Translations under genes and position numbers: made by a program
Part shown: positions 56,888 to 64,000 of the stretch, in pieces
Numbering within the stretch: the stretch's first letter is position 1
Layout of the letters: each line of letters begins with the position of its first letter
Notes under the pieces: model-generated
What the model was told of the DNA's origin: nothing
Seen by the model: only the letters and a program-made list of their open reading frames with translations
The model's database searches: none
Source: Nocardioides sp.
Lineage (GTDB): Bacteria > Actinomycetota > Actinomycetes > Propionibacteriales > Nocardioidaceae
NCBI GenBank assembly: GCA_039916425.1
Contig: JBDSLK010000180.1
Coordinates: 2,383-66,382 of the forward strand
DNA length: 64,000 nucleotides
Direction of reading: 5' to 3'

Positions 56888-57862
56888 TCAGTGGACGAGC
56901 ACCTCGTCGACCGGACGGCGGGGGGTCCGGGGGAGGCTGGCGCGCGAGATCTCCTGCCAGCCGACGCGGACCAGGATCTGGGGCCGGGCCTGGTCGCCCA
57001 GCACGACGTGCCGGAGCCCCTCCCGCGTCTCCACGACCTCGATCACCTGGCTGAGCGGGACGATCGAGAGCCCGGCCTGGGTGGCGCGCAGCCAGAGTGC
57101 GCTCAACGCCATCCCGGCGCTCATCCAGTCCGCCACGCCGTCGCCCGGGGTGCACACGGCGAGCAGCCCGTCGGACCCCTCGATCAGGCTGCGAGGGTCG
57201 GCTGCGGCCACGTCGTCGACGTACCGGTTGGGCGGCTCGGGCCCGCGGGCCGAGGGGGGCGGGATCGCCGAGGTGGGCGGGATGCCGTCCAGCCGGCCGT
57301 CGGTGACCCACTGCCGCTGCTCGGCGAGCAGGGCCTCGTCGTGGCGCTGCGCCGACATGGCCCGGGAGACGAGCAGCTCGGTGCGAAAGCGCATCGCCAC
57401 GTCGGTCACGGGAACGACGTGGGCACCCCACCCCGACGCGGCGTCGGCGAGGTGGGTAAGCCGTTCGTCCGGCACCGGCCAGGCCGTGAAGCGCCGACGG
57501 TCGGTGCACCGGTGCTCGATGGCGTGGAGCAGGTCGGCGGAGTCGGCGGCCGGCACGCCGCCCGCGAGCGTTACCCGCGCCAGCAGGTCGGGTCGGCCGG
57601 CGTCGGGCGCGACCGTCGGGCCCGCCTCGACGCCGAGGGCCGCAGCGGCGACCAGCAGGTGGTGGAGGGCCGCGCCACAGCTGATCGTGAGGTTGCGGCC
57701 GTCCGGGTCGTTGACCGTCAGCTGCCGACCCCGGTCGGCGAGCAGCTCGAAGTGGCAGTCGTCCACGACGTGCCAGGTCCACGGCTGGGTGTTGTGGACG
57801 CTGGGCGCGCGGCTGGCGAGCGCGACCAGGCGACGGGCCACGGCCGGGTTCGGTGGGGTCAT
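56888..57862 (-). CDS. Acg family FMN-binding nitroreductase-like protein
   Basis: RAPSVHNTQPW, ISCGAALHH, RCTDRR, PQILVRVG, TPRRP. Confidence 0.92.
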   Translation of the reverse strand: MTPPNPAVARRLVALASRAPSVHNTQPWTWHVVDDCHFELLADRGRQLTVNDPDGRNLTISCGAALHHLLVAAAALGVEAGPTVAPDAGRPDLLARVTLAGGVPAADSADLLHAIEHRCTDRRRFTAWPVPDERLTHLADAASGWGAHVVPVTDVAMRFRTELLVSRAMSAQRHDEALLAEQRQWVTDGRLDGIPPTSAIPPPSARGPEPPNRYVDDVAAADPRSLIEGSDGLLAVCTPGDGVADWMSAGMALSALWLRATQAGLSIVPLSQVIEVVETREGLRHVVLGDQARPQILVRVGWQEISRASLPRTPRRPVDEVLVH

Positions 57863-57866
57863 CGGC

Positions 57867-58457
57867 TCAGCCGACCCTGACCTCAACGACACCGGGCACG
57901 GAGTGGGCGGCCGACCGGGCCAAGGAGACGTCCGCAGGGCTGCGGGGGCCGTCGATCGCGACGACGCCGTCGGCCGCCTCGACGTGCCAGTCGGCGTGGC
58001 CGAGCTCGCTCAGGGTGGTGCCCACCTCGCGCTGGAGGGCCTCGTCGGACCGCGCCAGGGCGCGGACGACGTCGCTGCGACTGACCATCCCCACCACGTG
58101 GTCGTCGGGGTCGACCACCGGCAGGCTCTTGAACCCGCGGGCCGTGATCAGCGCGACCACGTCGAGGAGGTCCGCGCTCTCCCGGGTGGTGACCGCGTCG
58201 CGGGTCATCACCTCGTCGACGGTCCTGGCCTGCGCGACACCGGCGTCCTCGCGTGGTGTCTCCTGGGCCCGGGGGTCGGCGACCAGGGCTCGCCGGATGA
58301 GGTCGGCCTCACTGACGACACCGATCAGGCGCTGCCGGGCGTCGACCACCGGAAGGGAGGTGACCCGGTGCTCGGCGAGGAGCCGGAGGGCCCCGGTCAC
58401 CGAGGTGCCGCTGCCCACGGTCCAGGGGCGTCGCGACATCACGTCTCGCACCAGCAT
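57867..58457 (-). CDS. CBS-pair plus BON domain protein
   Basis: VRDVMS, SLPVVD..LIGVVSEADL, VDEVMT, VSRSDVV, C-terminal DGVVAIDG...SVPGVVEV. Confidence 0.9.
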   Translation of the reverse strand: MLVRDVMSRRPWTVGSGTSVTGALRLLAEHRVTSLPVVDARQRLIGVVSEADLIRRALVADPRAQETPREDAGVAQARTVDEVMTRDAVTTRESADLLDVVALITARGFKSLPVVDPDDHVVGMVSRSDVVRALARSDEALQREVGTTLSELGHADWHVEAADGVVAIDGPRSPADVSLARSAAHSVPGVVEVRVG

Positions 58458-58520
58458 GGCGTCCTCCCGGTTGCTCGTCGTGGCTTACTCCTGAGCCTGA
58501 CGGCGCTCCCCGGACGCTGG

Positions 58521-58540
58521 GCAGGGACCAAAGTCCTCGG
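58521..58540. promoter_or_regulatory. DosR box between the divergent CBS-BON operon and dosR-like gene
   Basis: GCAGGGACCAAAGTCCTCGG, close to the mycobacterial GGGAC-N4-GTCCC palindrome. Confidence 0.75.
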
Positions 58541-58595
58541 CTCCCGGGCCTCCGAGCCTCACCCGCCCCCTGCCGGGACGCGCTACTTTCGACCC

Positions 58596-61477
<2,882 letters not shown>

Positions 61478-61643
61478 GGCCGCTGCCCCGTCCCGGTGGT
61501 GGTCGGGCCGGTGGTGGTGTCAGCCATGGGGCCGGTCGCGCGGCGTCGCGGCATCGTCATCGTCATCTCCCTGGGTCGCTCTGTGCGAACCAGCCTGCCG
61601 CGGGACCGCGCCCCCGGACATGAGGCCCGGGACACCTGGATGT

Positions 61644-61657
61644 GGGACCAAAGACCG
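61644..61657. promoter_or_regulatory. DosR-box-like site upstream of the flavodoxin gene
   Basis: GGGACCAAAGACCG. Confidence 0.55.
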
Positions 61658-61790
61658 TCACACGCGCGGTGCCATGGGCCGACCTCTGCGGCGGCGAGGA
61701 CGTTGAAAGACTCCCAGGCCCTCACTCCCAGGGGCCCTTCTCATCCCCGGCGCCGTCGGTGGTCAGCACTGAGCCCTCCGGGGCCGGCTC

Positions 61791-62159
61791 TCAGGGGGAG
61801 ATCAGGGCGGCGATCCTGGCCACCAGCTGCCGGGGGCTGAACGGCTTGACGAGGTAGTCGTTCGCACCGGCCGTCATCCCCGACAGTACGTCCGCCTCCT
61901 GGGCGCGGGCCGTCAGCAGGATCACCGGCACCTCCGCCGTCCTGGAGTCGGCACGCAGACTGCGGGTCACGTCCAGGCCGTCCAGCTGGCCGGGCATGCT
62001 GATGTCGAGGAGCACCAGGTCGGGTGCCTCCTCGAGGCAGTCCTGCAGCGCCTGGTCGCCCGTCGCGCAGGCCACGACGTCGTAGCTTTGTCGCTCGAGC
62101 GTCATCACGATGAGCTCACGGATGTCCTGGTTGTCCTCCGCGAGCACGATCCGTGTCAT
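61791..62159 (-). CDS. Single-domain response regulator (receiver only)
   Basis: LAEDN, LLDISMP, LLTA, YLVKPF; 122 aa. Confidence 0.92.
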   Translation of the reverse strand: MTRIVLAEDNQDIRELIVMTLERQSYDVVACATGDQALQDCLEEAPDLVLLDISMPGQLDGLDVTRSLRADSRTAEVPVILLTARAQEADVLSGMTAGANDYLVKPFSPRQLVARIAALISP

Positions 62160-62404
62160 ACGGGAGCTGCCACTCTCAGGGGGACGGGCAAGGACCTCAT
62201 GGCGTCAGCCTCACACGCGGCTGCTCCGCGAGGGTGGGGATTCACAAGTTCCTCACGCTCGTGGGTCCGAGTCAGCTCACCCCCGCCCGTCACGGTGCTT
62301 CGCCACCCTCTAGCGGGGCGTGGAGCGCACGAAGGCGCAGACGGTCAGACTGGGAGAACGGGTCTCACCCGCGGGTACCCGAGCCGTGCCCGTAGGCTCG
62401 CCCC

Positions 62405-63361
62405 ATGCCCCGGGTGCTCGTGGTCGACGACGAGGTGAACCTAGCTCGTGCGGTCAGGGACGTGCTGGAACGGCTGGGCCACGTGGTCGACGACGCGCAC
62501 GACGGGCTCGCCGCCCTCAGCGCCGCCGCGACCTTCGCCCCGGACCTGGTCATCTTGGACCTCGGCCTCCCGGACATGGACGGCATCGAGGTCACCACCC
62601 GCCTCCGGTCGTGGTACGCCGCGCCCATCTTGATCCTCTCCGGGATGGACCAGGAGGAGCGCAAGGTCGCGGCGTTGGAGGCCGGCGCCGACGACTACCT
62701 CGTCAAGCCGTTCGGCGTCCGCGAGCTCGTCGCCCGGGTCAACGCCCTGCTCCGTCGCCCGGGCGCGGAGCCGGCCGCGCAGCACCTCCGCTTCGGAGAC
62801 CTGGGCATCGACGTGGTGGAGCGTCGCGTGGAGGTGGCCGGCAAGGAGACTCGTCTGACGCCGACGGAGTGGCGGCTCCTCGAGGGTTTCGCCACCAACC
62901 CCGGCAAGCTGCTGACCCACCGGTGGTTGCTCGCCCACGCGTGGGACGACAGCTACGGCGGCGAGACGCGTCAGGCGCTGCGCGTCCACCTGCGCTCACT
63001 GCGCGCCAAGATCGACGACGACGCCTCCTCACCGCGCTACATCCGCACCGAGAGCGGGGCCGGCTACCGTTGGGTCGCGACCACCGAGGCCGCCCCCTCC
63101 GCTCCGGCGGCTGCTGCCACGGCGGGGTCCGTGGGTCGTGCGTCCGCACCGGTGCGCGCCGGCCGCGCCACCGAGATCAGCCACGACGTCAACAACGCCC
63201 TCGCCGCGATCCAGTTCAGCCTCCACCGGGTGGCCGACCTCGCCCCGGCCCTCGGGGTTGACGCCGAGACCGTGGGCCACGAGGTCCGGCGGGTCGACCG
63301 CCTGGTGCTCCAGGTGGGCGACCTGGTCAGCGAGCTGCGTGGGCTGACCGCTCCGGACTGA
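62405..63361 (+). CDS. KdpE/OmpR-type response regulator with an extra C-terminal HisKA-like (DHp) segment
   Basis: VVDDE, ILDLGLPD, YLVKPF, LTPTEWRLL, LRAKI, IRTESGAGYR, then an Ala linker and EISHDVNNALAAI. Confidence 0.88.
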   Translation: MPRVLVVDDEVNLARAVRDVLERLGHVVDDAHDGLAALSAAATFAPDLVILDLGLPDMDGIEVTTRLRSWYAAPILILSGMDQEERKVAALEAGADDYLVKPFGVRELVARVNALLRRPGAEPAAQHLRFGDLGIDVVERRVEVAGKETRLTPTEWRLLEGFATNPGKLLTHRWLLAHAWDDSYGGETRQALRVHLRSLRAKIDDDASSPRYIRTESGAGYRWVATTEAAPSAPAAAATAGSVGRASAPVRAGRATEISHDVNNALAAIQFSLHRVADLAPALGVDAETVGHEVRRVDRLVLQVGDLVSELRGLTAPD

Positions 63362-63468
63362 GGGCGGCATCGGGGCGGCGGCGTACTCACGACTCGGACC
63401 AGCGGGCTTCCGGGGCTGCGGGTCGCCCTAGGCTGGTGCCTCCTTTCCCGGCCCAGAGGAGCTGAGCG

Positions 63469-64000
63469 GTGTTCTCCAAGGTGCTCGTGGCCAACCGTGG
63501 CGAGATCGCGATCCGGGCCTTCCGGGCCGCCTTCGAGCTGGGCGCCCGGACCGTCGCGGTGTTCCCCTACGAGGACCGCTGGTCCGAGCACCGGCTCAAG
63601 GCCGACGAGGCCTATGAGATCGGCGAGCGCGGCCACCCGGTCCGGGCCTACCTCGACGCCGACGCGATCGTGGCCGTCGCGGTGCGCGCCGGTGCTGACG
63701 CGATCTACCCCGGCTACGGCTTCCTCAGTGAGAACCCCCGCCTCGCGGAGGCGTGCGCCAACGCCGGCATCACCTTCATCGGTCCGACCGCCGACGTGCT
63801 CACGCTGACCGGCAACAAGGCGCGGGCCATCGCCGCCGCCAAGGCCGCGGGCGTGCCGGTCCTGGCCGGCGTGCAGCCGTCCACGGACGTCGAGTCGCTC
63901 GTCGCGGCGAGCGCGTCGATGCCGTACCCGCTCTTCGTCAAGGCGGTCGCCGGCGGCGGCGGCCGCGGCATGCGCAAGGTCGACGAGGAGTCGGCGCTGC
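63469..64000 (+). CDS. pyc: Pyruvate carboxylase, 5' part (runs off the window)
   Basis: GTG 63469 with RBS GAGGAG. FSKVLVANRGEIAIRAFRAA..LG, HRLKADEAY, IYPGYGFLSEN, FVKAVAGGGGRGMR. Confidence 0.9.
   Translation, partial: MFSKVLVANRGEIAIRAFRAAFELGARTVAVFPYEDRWSEHRLKADEAYEIGERGHPVRAYLDADAIVAVAVRAGADAIYPGYGFLSENPRLAEACANAGITFIGPTADVLTLTGNKARAIAAAKAAGVPVLAGVQPSTDVESLVAASASMPYPLFVKAVAGGGGRGMRKVDEESAL

Noticed and set aside
62405-63100. kdpE gene call
   Set aside because: KdpE-like sequence, but no kdpD/kdpABC in the window and an extra C-terminal domain, so the symbol was withheld.

Overview
High-GC actinobacterial DNA, most similar in gene style to Nocardioides (inference from gene content, not a database hit). 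From left to right: (1) the end of a surface-glycan locus (SAM methyltransferase, GT61-like), closed by a degenerate 3' half of tRNA-Arg(ACG) that looks like an island att scar; (2) a serine hydrolase and an RsbQ/RsbP-type partner-switching cluster with no sigma factor; (3) an odd LicC-like/TagF-like/ABC-TMD/half-NBD-kinase/ABC-TMD operon preceded by three in-phase PHO-box-like repeats; (4) an SDR, an orphan WXG100-like pair and a BldC-domain fusion; (5) a phosphate-scavenging region with a phytase-like/GDPD fusion, a decayed choice-of-anchor-I gene, PHO boxes and an expanded pstC-pstA-pstS-X-sortase-pstS'-pstB operon; (6) xylose uptake and catabolism genes with two ROK regulators and visible operators; (7) housekeeping genes plus a DosR/DosS-type hypoxia region (USP, PNPOx-like, Acg, CBS-BON, cydAB, fused cydDC, flavodoxin) with DosR-like boxes; (8) two response regulators and the 5' end of pyruvate carboxylase. 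The strongest candidate for an undescribed system is the pst operon. It encodes three non-lipoprotein PstS-fold surface proteins with different C-terminal modules and a sortase-fold protein that has lost all three catalytic residues. No CRISPR array, rRNA, intact tRNA, integrase or transposase was seen. Starts were adjusted by eye from the ORF track, and all family calls come from motif recognition without searches.
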